64,000 nt of DNA from Nitrospirota bacterium (lineage in GTDB: Bacteria > Nitrospirota > UBA9217). Of this stretch, positions 20,782 through 29,413 are shown piece by piece; position 1 is the stretch's first letter, and each line of letters opens with the position of its first letter. A program made the translations under genes and the position numbers. Under the pieces are notes generated by a model, which saw nothing but the letters and a program-made list of their open reading frames with translations, was not told the origin of the DNA and made no database searches. Location of the stretch: positions 2,464,001-2,528,000 of the forward strand of contig CAVTRN010000002.1 of the NCBI GenBank assembly GCA_963737155.1, written 5' to 3'.

Positions 20782-21303
20782 TCACCTTATATCCGTCGGC
20801 CTGACCGGTGGAGGTAGCGGCTTGATCGGTTTGAACCGTGGTCCATGCGGCCAATGGCAGTGCACACAGAGCCGGTATTGTTTCTCCCCGTTCCACATAC
20901 CAGTCCTCTTTCCGTGTAGACCGGCTTTCCACTCACGCAGAATCGTACCATGACATTGGCCGCAAAGAATATAGGATTCCTCAAAGCTGACCAGTTTGCC
21001 ATTTGCGAGCCGCAGCTTGTCACGGTTGTCGGGGTTGTGACAATCAAAACACCAGCCGCCCGGTATATGTTTCAGCGATTCCGCGATCTCCTGGTGCATT
21101 TCAAGCTTTCGCGGTTTTTTGTTTACAGGCATACCAGCGTGACATTGTGAACAAGGGAAGATACCTGGAGTAAAGGGAGGCGGCGGTACAAAGAATTTTT
21201 TCGGGATTTCTTGTTCTTCCGCGAGGAGGCTTGCTGAAGAAAGGACGAGCGCAAGGAATGCAATGAGACAAAAAAGCCAGCGAACTTTGCTTTGTTTTTC
21301 CAT
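20782..21303 (-). CDS. Tetraheme cytochrome c
   Basis: Signal peptide; CSQCH, CFDCH, CGQCH, CVHCH. Confidence 0.88.
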   Translation of the reverse strand: MEKQSKVRWLFCLIAFLALVLSSASLLAEEQEIPKKFFVPPPPFTPGIFPCSQCHAGMPVNKKPRKLEMHQEIAESLKHIPGGWCFDCHNPDNRDKLRLANGKLVSFEESYILCGQCHGTILREWKAGLHGKRTGMWNGEKQYRLCVHCHWPHGPRFKPIKPLPPPVRPTDIR

Positions 21304-21409
21304 CGTATCCCCTCATTTCTGGTTTGGGGCCAGCTCAATGCAATTTATTGTGCATTTATTGTAAGACACCTCGGGAGAGATTGCAAACTAAAATTTCAAT
21401 TTGACCGCG

Positions 21410-21446
21410 GTTCTCTCCCGGGCACTATTAACTCCCGGGAGAGAAC
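21410..21446. other. Strong intergenic stem-loop between the two c/FeS/NrfD modules
   Basis: GTTCTCTCCCGGG-11 nt-CCCGGGAGAGAAC perfect 13-bp inverted repeat; no U-tract on minus strand. Confidence 0.6.
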
Positions 21447-21459
21447 GTTTAAGATTGTA

Positions 21460-22713
21460 TTAGTGTGCTTCTTTGTACTCGAACACCGGGAATATATGAC
21501 TGATTACGTAGAAAAGCACAAAGGGCATGACGAATATGCTGAGCGCTCCGGCAAGTCCTTCTTTGAATGTCTCCCAATCGTGAGGGATAATGGGAATATG
21601 ATAGTGCATGAACCCCGCGAAAGTCAGCGAAAATGCCTGGCCACCAATCACGACGTTCCACCGCATCATGAAGACTCCGAAGATTACGAGTATGACACCC
21701 AACAACGCTCTCCGTATGGTCAACCCGGGGAACAAGAATATGATGAGAGGTACGAGATTCCCAATGCCGTATTGCATAATAAATATGGACTTGAAATCCC
21801 GCTCGTAGATAACGCTTCGGAGAATATCCCATGATTTCAATGCGGTATAGCCCCGGAAGATTATGTCGAGGATTTCAAGACTAATGGCGGCTACCATGAA
21901 GGCCAGAAGATATTTCGCCGTCATCTGGATAACACTGATCTCAGCGCTCTGGAGCTGTTCCTGAGACGGGAGTCCGGCACGCGCGGCCGTCTTGCGCTTC
22001 GCAAGAAACTTGCGAATTTCCATTGTTATGATATACGTAAGCATACACAACGCGATCCCCGAAACAATCGCCGACATGATGAATATGACCGGCATGAGCG
22101 GCGTCATCCAGAGGGCGTTGGCTTTGACGGAGCCGAAAATGAATCCTGCATAACCATGAAGAAAGCAGGCGACAGGTATCCCGAGAGCGGCAAGAAACTT
22201 GATCGCTTTTTCGTCGCGATGCAGCGCTTCTTCGCTAACGTCGTAGACACCGAGCGTCAGCGAACAGAAAATCAGATATTGGAGCCATTCCACGATCGTC
22301 TTATCCTGCTTCTCACGGAGTTTGAGTGACACAGCAACAAAATGGCGGCGGTACAGGAACCAGAGTTCCGACGCCACGATGGCGCCGTAAGAAAAAAACA
22401 CAATACCGAAGGCAGCAATGGCGGATGTAAAATGCGGGGTCATGAAAATCTCCACCCCACGGAAGGGGAATTGCAGATGAAGCACAATCGGCATGGGCGC
22501 GGCAAAAAGCAGTGCAAAGGAAAACACGAGCGCAAAACGCGCCATATCCTTGAGCTTCTGGATGCCGAACACATGGTAGAGCGACGAAAGCACGAAGGCC
22601 CCTGCAACCAGACCTGTCATGAAGGGATACATCACGATCTGTATGCTCCAGTAGATATACTCATTCGGTAAAACAAATAACTCTTTTACGGTCCAAAGTT
22701 CTCCGTGTACCAT
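21460..22713 (-). CDS. NrfD-family membrane subunit (CbcU-like)
   Basis: WSIQIVMYPFMTGLVAGAF, LHGYAGFIF, FIMSAIVSGIA, RWNVVIGGQ. Confidence 0.88.
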   Translation of the reverse strand: MVHGELWTVKELFVLPNEYIYWSIQIVMYPFMTGLVAGAFVLSSLYHVFGIQKLKDMARFALVFSFALLFAAPMPIVLHLQFPFRGVEIFMTPHFTSAIAAFGIVFFSYGAIVASELWFLYRRHFVAVSLKLREKQDKTIVEWLQYLIFCSLTLGVYDVSEEALHRDEKAIKFLAALGIPVACFLHGYAGFIFGSVKANALWMTPLMPVIFIMSAIVSGIALCMLTYIITMEIRKFLAKRKTAARAGLPSQEQLQSAEISVIQMTAKYLLAFMVAAISLEILDIIFRGYTALKSWDILRSVIYERDFKSIFIMQYGIGNLVPLIIFLFPGLTIRRALLGVILVIFGVFMMRWNVVIGGQAFSLTFAGFMHYHIPIIPHDWETFKEGLAGALSIFVMPFVLFYVISHIFPVFEYKEAH

Positions 22714-22715
22714 GG

Positions 22716-23504
22716 CTATCTGACCTCCTCATCCAGGCCGATATAATAGACCTGAGGTTTCGTGCCGTATTCACTCTTTAATACTCCCACCCGCTGTGTC
22801 CTGATGATCTGGGTCACCGGATCGTTGGGGTCTTTAATGTTCCCAATCTGACGCGCCCCGAAAGGACAAGCCTGCACACAGGCAGTTTTTAATCCTTTGG
22901 TAATCCGATGATAACAGAAATTGCATTTCTCCGCCGTATGATAGACAGGGTGGAAAAACCGGACACCGTATGGACACCCCATGATACAGTAACCGCAGCC
23001 GATGCACCACGTTCGGTCAACCATGACAACACCGTCAGGCGCCTGATAAGTCGCTCCAACAGGGCAAACCTGAACACAGGGGGGGTTCTCGCACTGATTG
23101 CAAAGCTTTGGCACGAAAAACGCCTTTTCAATGCCTTCACCGCTGATGTCTTTAAGGCCATCCTCCCCCTGATCAATCCTCGCTTCTGTAAAGCCGTCCC
23201 TGGCCGCCTTGGGGCTATCAGCGTAGAGCTTCCCCTTCTTGGTTAGGACATATCGCTCTACCCATGTTCTCGAAACATTCGCATCGTAGGGAACCTCGTT
23301 CTCCTGCTTGCATGCCTTGACACAGAATCCGCATCCGACGCATTTATAGGTATCCACTAGAAACGCCCAACGCACTGATGTCGTCTCGGCAGCTATCTCT
23401 GCGAACAGTTTTTTAGGGTCGACAATTTCCAGGGCTGCCAGCGGGATTGCTGCGCCCGCAATCCCCATCGCCGTTTTCTTAAAAAAGTCCCTTCGCGTGA
23501 TCAT
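22716..23504 (-). CDS. Tat-exported 4Fe-4S dicluster protein (CbcT-like)
   Basis: TRRDFFK; CVGCGFCVKAC, CNQCENPPCVQVCP, CIGCGYCIMGCP, CNFC...ACVQACP. Confidence 0.9.
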   Translation of the reverse strand: MITRRDFFKKTAMGIAGAAIPLAALEIVDPKKLFAEIAAETTSVRWAFLVDTYKCVGCGFCVKACKQENEVPYDANVSRTWVERYVLTKKGKLYADSPKAARDGFTEARIDQGEDGLKDISGEGIEKAFFVPKLCNQCENPPCVQVCPVGATYQAPDGVVMVDRTWCIGCGYCIMGCPYGVRFFHPVYHTAEKCNFCYHRITKGLKTACVQACPFGARQIGNIKDPNDPVTQIIRTQRVGVLKSEYGTKPQVYYIGLDEEVR

Positions 23505-23971
23505 TTCAATCCCTCCATCGGGTTGTGCGGATTATGACAGTTGGAACATTCCATGCCGGGGTTGTGCTTATCCGGATCAATGCTTATGATGAGCGCACGA
23601 CCGCTCGAGGGATAAGGCAACGGATAATGGCATCGCAGGCATAATGCCCTGCTCTTGTCGATAGCTAGTTTCGGCGGATCCGAAGGATGATCTACAGCCG
23701 GTCCGTGGCAGTTTTCGCACTGGATTATCCTATGCGGGGTTTTGTTGATGCTATCGTATTTATCGGGATGACAATCCTTGCAGTATTCCTTGCCCTGATA
23801 TTTTACTTTGATCTTCTTCCAGTCTTCTTCATTCGAATGCCGGTGCCAGCTGTACATATAACCACGCTGACCGATCCCAAAATCCTTCGGGACGATAACC
23901 ATTCTGGCCAGCAGTATCAAAATGACGATACCGATCACTACGATCAGCGGTCTCAATACATGATTCTTCAT
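23501..23971 (-). CDS. Membrane-anchored tetraheme cytochrome c (CbcS-like)
   Basis: N-terminal TM; CKDCH, CENCH, CLRCH, CSNCH. Confidence 0.88.
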   Translation of the reverse strand: MKNHVLRPLIVVIGIVILILLARMVIVPKDFGIGQRGYMYSWHRHSNEEDWKKIKVKYQGKEYCKDCHPDKYDSINKTPHRIIQCENCHGPAVDHPSDPPKLAIDKSRALCLRCHYPLPYPSSGRALIISIDPDKHNPGMECSNCHNPHNPMEGLK

Positions 23972-24030
23972 AACCTTCCTCTCCTCTCCTGATTTCAATC
24001 CAGTTGACTTGCATCCACGAGATTTTTTTA

Positions 24031-24468
24031 CTATTCCTCCTTCTTAAGCGTATGCTGCATGAGCGTCACTCCTTCCCAAAGTATAGCCAAGAAGCAGAGC
24101 GACAGCCCTCCCACCAGGCCGAAAATATGAACCAATTGCCAACGGATGACGATAAAGAGTATGACGAAAATAACGGAAAGCTTTAGACCGCTGATGACTA
24201 GCGCGGCGACGCTAGAGAAACCCGGCGTTGCGCCTTTGCGAAGGTAGATTCTCTCCACAGAAATGGCCAGCCACCTGAAATTAAGCAAACCGAGAATTCC
24301 GCCACACAGGATACTGATGGGCAGGAACCACCACTGACTAGTATGTTGAATGAGATTGAATGCGGAGGCGACCATCGTGGCGCCGAACACAATAAAGGCG
24401 GTTTTAACACTCACCCCCTTTATTATTCCCGCTACGGCCTGTTGTCGTATCCTGGCCTCGTCAGTCAT
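24031..24468 (-). CDS. atpI: ATP synthase subunit I-like membrane protein
   Basis: Four TM segments, GGILGLLNFRWL motif; follows atpZ-like gene. Confidence 0.7.
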   Translation of the reverse strand: MTDEARIRQQAVAGIIKGVSVKTAFIVFGATMVASAFNLIQHTSQWWFLPISILCGGILGLLNFRWLAISVERIYLRKGATPGFSSVAALVISGLKLSVIFVILFIVIRWQLVHIFGLVGGLSLCFLAILWEGVTLMQHTLKKEE

Positions 24469-24710
24469 GACTTCCTATCATCGTCCTTATCGAATAAATC
24501 CTGGCTTCGTTTGACATAAACGACCAGGTTTCGAAAACCTGCGATTATGCCCAGGAGAAGAAATATCGCGGTGAACCAGGGGGATGTGCCAAGCCATTTA
24601 TCAAGCGTGAGACCGATGAAGAGACCGATCACCGTGGCAAATACCAAGGCCAGCCCCACGGTACTCAACATGCCAAGCATACGAATGAGCCTACGGTCTT
24701 TTTCTTCCAT
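24465..24710 (-). CDS. atpZ: AtpZ/AtpI family protein (ATPase gene 1)
   Basis: GLFIGLTLDKWLGTSPWFTAIFLLLGIIAGFRN signature. Confidence 0.85.
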   Translation of the reverse strand: MEEKDRRLIRMLGMLSTVGLALVFATVIGLFIGLTLDKWLGTSPWFTAIFLLLGIIAGFRNLVVYVKRSQDLFDKDDDRKS

Positions 24711-24805
24711 GATTTTACTGCCGTTCAACTGGAGGAAGTTCAGAGAAAAACAAACATATTCTGTTAAGAGATTTGATTTCTCCGGGTCATCAACGGTTAT
24801 TGCTT

Positions 24806-26090
24806 TCATAACCCCTTAAAACTCTTCCTCGCTGCATCGATTGTCTTATCGATGTCAGCCTTGCTGTGGACCAGGGATATGAAAGCCGCCTCAAACTGGG
24901 AAGGCGCGAGGTTGACGCCGTTCTTGAGCATGGATAGAAAGAATTTGCCGAACCGCGTCGTGTCCGATGTCTTGGCGCTGGTGAAGTCCTTCACTTGTTT
25001 GTCGGTAAAGAACGCAGTGAACATAGACCCCACACGGTTAATCGTACACGGGATTCCCGCTTCCTGCGTTCCAGCCCTGAGTCCGTTTTCGAGATCGAGC
25101 GATTTTTTTTCGAGGGTTTTGTAGACACCGGGTTTCGCGAGCAGCTTTAACGTTTCGATTCCCGCGACCATAGCCAGCGGGTTACCCGACAGCGTCCCTG
25201 CCTGGTAGATGGGTCCGATAGGCGCGATCTTCTCCATGATCTCCCTTGTTCCACCATAAGCACCGACAGGCAACCCGCCGCCGATCACTTTGCCGAGGCA
25301 CGTAAGATCCGGTTTGATTTTATACCGTTGCTGCGCGCCGCCAAAGTCGACGCGAAAACCAGTCATCACTTCGTCGAAAATGAGGACGATGCCATATTGG
25401 TTACAGACCATGCGAAGCCCCGCCAGAAAACCCGGCTCGGGCGGTACGCATCCCATGTTGCCTGCTACAGGCTCAACTATAATGCACGCGATTCGCTCTC
25501 CTTCGCGGGAAGCGAGCTCCTTCACCGCACCCAGATCGTTATAGGCCACCGTAAGTGTATGTTTGGCTGAGATCCGCGGGCACACCGGGACTATCGGGAA
25601 GTCCGAACGTCGCCACACCGCTACCGGCCTTTACGAGCAGACTGTCACCATGTCCATGATAACATCCGTCAAACTTGAGAATCTTGTCCCTTGCCGTAAA
25701 ACCCCGCGCCGCACGAATGGCACTCATCGTTGCCTCTGTACCGGAACTGACCATCCGTACCAATTCGATGGAAGGGAAAGCTTTCTTGACCATCTTGGCA
25801 AGAGTAGTCTCAAGTTCCGTCGGAGCACCAAAGCTCGTTCCGCCAACAATAGCCTTTTTGAGGGCGGCAGTAACGACAGGATTAGCATGCCCCAGGATCA
25901 TAGGTCCCCAGGAAAGAACGTAATCAATATAGGCTTTGCCGTCGGCATCGTAGATCTTCGATCCCTTCGCCTTTTTTATGAAGAGCGGATCACCGCCAAC
26001 CGAGCGGAATGCCCGAACCGGGCTGTTCACACCGCCAGGGATGTGTTTTTTTGCCTCATCAAATAATTTTTTTGATCTCGGACCCGACAT
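24806..26090 (-). CDS. hemL: Glutamate-1-semialdehyde 2,1-aminomutase, split by a 1-nt insertion near 25569 (assembly error or pseudogene)
   Basis: [12 protein letters not shown]...SGTEATMSA...YHGHGD in one frame; [26 protein letters not shown] in another; removing one A in GAT CTC A GCC AAA restores PADLAKHTLT. Confidence 0.9.
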
Positions 26091-26387
26091 GCACACTCCT
26101 TTTGCTGATCATCAATTTTTCGAATCGATATCCAGCCTCCCTAAAATATGAAAATCTGTCTTGAAAGTCAATGGAAAATCACAAGGAATGGGAGATAATT
26201 GCAGTTTAATATCATGTAACAACCAGAATTTGCATTTTATGGTCAAGACATCGTCAACTCTTTTGAATGGATGTCGTATAAGCTCTCAATGACTGGTATG
26301 AACACCGCCGGATATTTAATTTCCACCTTTTCATGGCACTATCGTATTAGGGGAAAACCCAGAACCTTCAGGGGCGGAAGAACAACA

Positions 26388-26885
26388 TCATCTCGTTTCG
26401 TTCATTTTAGCCAGCAAGAACGACACAACACCTTCAGCATCGTTGAGATCAAAGCAAGGGATACTCGCGTCATAGTGACGGTCGCTTACCAACGCCAAGA
26501 AAGAGGGATCGTCAAGAGCCAACGGACGAGTTCCCGAAACTCCGTAACGGAAAACCTCAATCCTGTTCTGCGCCTGGTGTTTGAAGCCTTCATGAAGAAT
26601 TATATCGGCATCCGCCATCCACTGTTCAAGCTCTTTTGGAGCGGGTTCCTGTTCGATTTTTTTCATGACAACCATTTGTTCGGGACCGACAAGAACTACT
26701 ATGCCGGCACCGGCTCGCTGAAAACGCCATGAGTCCTTGCCGGGCTTATCAAGATCGAAACCTGCCGACGCATGCTTCACGACAGCAACCCGTAATCCTT
26801 CTTTCCTCAGGATCAGGACAATTTTTTCTATCAGGGTTGTTTTGCCGCTGTTCGAACATGCAGCTACAAACGAGAAGATGTGCAT
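26388..26885 (-). CDS. mobB: Molybdopterin-guanine dinucleotide biosynthesis protein B
   Basis: SNSGKTTLIEK, VAVVKH, DKPGKDSWRF, HEGFK. Confidence 0.9.
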   Translation of the reverse strand: MHIFSFVAACSNSGKTTLIEKIVLILRKEGLRVAVVKHASAGFDLDKPGKDSWRFQRAGAGIVVLVGPEQMVVMKKIEQEPAPKELEQWMADADIILHEGFKHQAQNRIEVFRYGVSGTRPLALDDPSFLALVSDRHYDASIPCFDLNDAEGVVSFLLAKMNETR

Positions 26886-27091
26886 TCAAAAAGACCTTTT
26901 CCCTTGACGTTCAAAGATGCGAACAGAAGAGCGGGAAATGACCATCATGCCGCCAACCGGTTTGTCCGGATGAACGAATTGAAAATAACATCCGCTCTTG
27001 ACCAATTCATAACGGCCTCAGCTATCAACCTTACCGGCATTTTCCCGATTGCTCACCAGTCCCCTCCTCGCCAATTTATTTGCAGCACATC

Positions 27092-27895
27092 TTATGATTC
27101 CTCAGTCCCCGTTGACTTAGGTTTTTTCTTGCCGACAAGACGCGAAGCGAGAATGCCAAGCTCATAGAGCAGATAAATGGGTATGGAAAGAATCGTCTGA
27201 TTGAAAACGTCCGGCGTTGGACTCAGGATCGCGCCCAGTATGAACGCCCCAAGGAATGCGAACTTCCGGTATTTGGCCAGAGTGGTGGGGCTCACGATTC
27301 CCATCCGGCTGAGCAGAACGATAATGAGAGGTAATTCAAACACGATGCCGCTAGCCAGAAGAAACTTTAAAATGAAATCAATATAATCTTGGATCCGGAG
27401 AATGGCGACCAGATTCTCTGTTTTATAGGTAAGGAGGAAAGACACGGCGAAAGGCAGCATAACGAAATAACAGAAGAGTACACCGATGCCGAAAAAAAGG
27501 GATGAGAAAAAAATAAACAACGCGATATACTTTTTTTCTTTGACGTGCAGTCCCGGAGCGATGAATTTCCATACCTGAAACATGATGAAAGGGAACACCA
27601 GCATAAGGCCGGCAATAAGCCCTATCTTGAGGTGGGACCAGAAGGGCTCGACCAGCGTGGTATAGTGCAACTGCTGAGGGGATGCATTGGGCACGATCGA
27701 AACAAAGGGATAGGCAAGCTTAAACTCCATCTTCGAATTCAGCGGCCACATCAGAATTCGAAGGATATTCTCCGAATAATTAAAACAGATACCGAAACCA
27801 ACGCCAATCAGAATGAAGGAGCGGACGAGTCTCTTCCTGAGTTCCTCCAGGTGGCTCCAGAAGGGCATCCTCAGCTCTTCCTCAGGCACCGCCAT
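27092..27895 (-). CDS. tatC: Twin-arginine translocase TatC
   Basis: [34 protein letters not shown]. Confidence 0.95.
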   Translation of the reverse strand: MAVPEEELRMPFWSHLEELRKRLVRSFILIGVGFGICFNYSENILRILMWPLNSKMEFKLAYPFVSIVPNASPQQLHYTTLVEPFWSHLKIGLIAGLMLVFPFIMFQVWKFIAPGLHVKEKKYIALFIFFSSLFFGIGVLFCYFVMLPFAVSFLLTYKTENLVAILRIQDYIDFILKFLLASGIVFELPLIIVLLSRMGIVSPTTLAKYRKFAFLGAFILGAILSPTPDVFNQTILSIPIYLLYELGILASRLVGKKKPKSTGTEES

Positions 27896-28199
27896 GAGTA
27901 TTCTCCTTTTTTCCCTTTTCCTTGTCCTGCTCCGCCGGTGCGGTTTCCGGCGCAGACGCCTGTTTGGTTTTGTCTTGAGTTATCTCCTGCCCTAATTTCT
28001 TTATTTCATCAAACTGGCTGGTCTTTTCCACTTCCTTCATCTCGGCCTTCATAGATTCCTGAAATTCCTCGGATGCCTTTTTGAATTCCGCGAGTGCGCG
28101 GCCGATGGACCGGCCGATTTCGGGAAGCTTTTTTGGTCCGAACACGATAAGGGCAATAACAAAAATGAGCAACAACTCAGGAAATCCCAGACCAAGCAT
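27882..28199 (-). CDS. tatA: Twin-arginine translocase TatA/TatB subunit
   Basis: [29 protein letters not shown]; directly upstream of tatC; A versus B not resolved. Confidence 0.85.
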   Translation of the reverse strand: MLGLGFPELLLIFVIALIVFGPKKLPEIGRSIGRALAEFKKASEEFQESMKAEMKEVEKTSQFDEIKKLGQEITQDKTKQASAPETAPAEQDKEKGKKENTHGGA

Positions 28200-28339
28200 G
28201 GCGTTCTCCTCAGATTTGAAGGTGGAAAGTCTATTTAAAAAACTGGGACCGTCTAAATTCCTCTACGGTAAAGCGAGGTTTATCACGGTTGCCGGACCTC
28301 GCGCGCTCAACCTCCCATGTTTTGTCCCGCAAATTGGCA

Positions 28340-28630
28340 CTCAAGCTTTGTCCGGTTTGAGTTCAATTACGGGACTGTTGTCCTTGGGCTTGTTCTGCCG
28401 GATCACGTTTAGCTTAACTGTTTTTTCAATGCGCCAGCTCCGGGGATCGCCAAACAGAGACTGATACCGCACCTTCGATAACTTGTTGGGTCGAGATATT
28501 GACAACCGCGGGCCTCTCTTTTTTTACAAGAGGAGCGAAAGATTCCGGAGCAGCGGCCGCGCCTGGAGTAAGAGGTAAAAAACCTACCAGGTATACGATG
28601 GCAAAGAATATTTTGAGCGGCAATTCCATA
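28340..28630 (-). pseudogene. DegP/HtrA (Do family) serine protease remnant
   Basis: Signal peptide then PESFAPLVKKERPAVVNISTQQVI, followed after a frame break by PDZ-like KTVKLNVIRQNKPK; protease domain absent. Confidence 0.6.
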
Positions 28631-28818
28631 AACAATCTCCCGGCCGACGGTCTGCCACAACAGTCAATAGATATCACGCTGTCATAGGATAGTCAAGATA
28701 TTTCGTTGGGTTACGCTTTGCTGAAGCAGGGGAACCATGAACCGATGGCTGGAAGCGTCCGCGTGCTGGCGGCGAGAGAAAAGCGCTGGTCTATGCCGTA
28801 TGCTTGCTGCTCTAATCG

Positions 28819-29178
28819 TTACATCGAAACCCGAATGACCGTCTTCACATTACCCCGAACATTGAAATCACCCACTACTTCGAGTGCACGGGGTTTGAGG
28901 CTTTTCTTCAGCGCATCGAATATCAAGTTTGTCACTGCTTCATGTGATACGCTATGGTCACGAAAACTGTTCAAATATAGTTTCAGGCTCTTAAGCTCAA
29001 CTACCTTTTTGTCAGGAGTATAGGTGATTCTGATGGTCGCAAAATCCGGATAACCGGAGCGAGGGCAAAGACAGGTGAATTCCGGGTACGAAATATCAAT
29101 ATTGTAGTCTCTGTCGGGATTGGGATTGGGCCAGAGTTCGAATGACGTCTTCTTGATTGCCTTGGTTCCATATTTCAT
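28819..29178 (-). CDS. queF: NADPH-dependent preQ0 reductase (type I)
   Basis: [32 protein letters not shown]. Confidence 0.95.
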   Translation of the reverse strand: MKYGTKAIKKTSFELWPNPNPDRDYNIDISYPEFTCLCPRSGYPDFATIRITYTPDKKVVELKSLKLYLNSFRDHSVSHEAVTNLIFDALKKSLKPRALEVVGDFNVRGNVKTVIRVSM

Positions 29179-29334
29179 TGTACGAATATTTTAACCTATT
29201 CCAACATAGCTGTAAAGATGATAATACGTCAGGAACTGTCACTTTACCAAACACTTAATACCAGCCCCTAAACCGTGGCAAACATCTCTACAGCATTTGT
29301 ATACAGAATCAGCGACGACTCCCAGCAGCATCGG

Positions 29335-29379
29335 GGGCTAATCCAGGAATCCTCGGCCTTCAAGGCTGGAGGTTCTCAA
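29335..29379 (+). mobile_element. Isolated IS200/IS605-like right-end hairpin
   Basis: CAGGAATCCTCGGCCTTCAAGGCTGGAGGTTCTCAA resembles IS605 right ends and ends in TCAA. Confidence 0.4.
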
Positions 29380-29413
29380 CATAATTCATTCCGGATATAG
29401 AGATTGTGCAGTT

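Noticed and set aside
19901-20953. 350-aa plus-strand ORF and similar long antisense ORFs (1453..1968, 34696..35355, 51005..51796, 51927..52637, 63047..63628)
   Set aside because: Antisense to well-supported genes with no motifs of their own
26160-26390. Third IS605/tnpB remnant between hemL and mobB
   Set aside because: Only weak resemblance (CCTTCAGGGGCGGAAG); too degenerate to support
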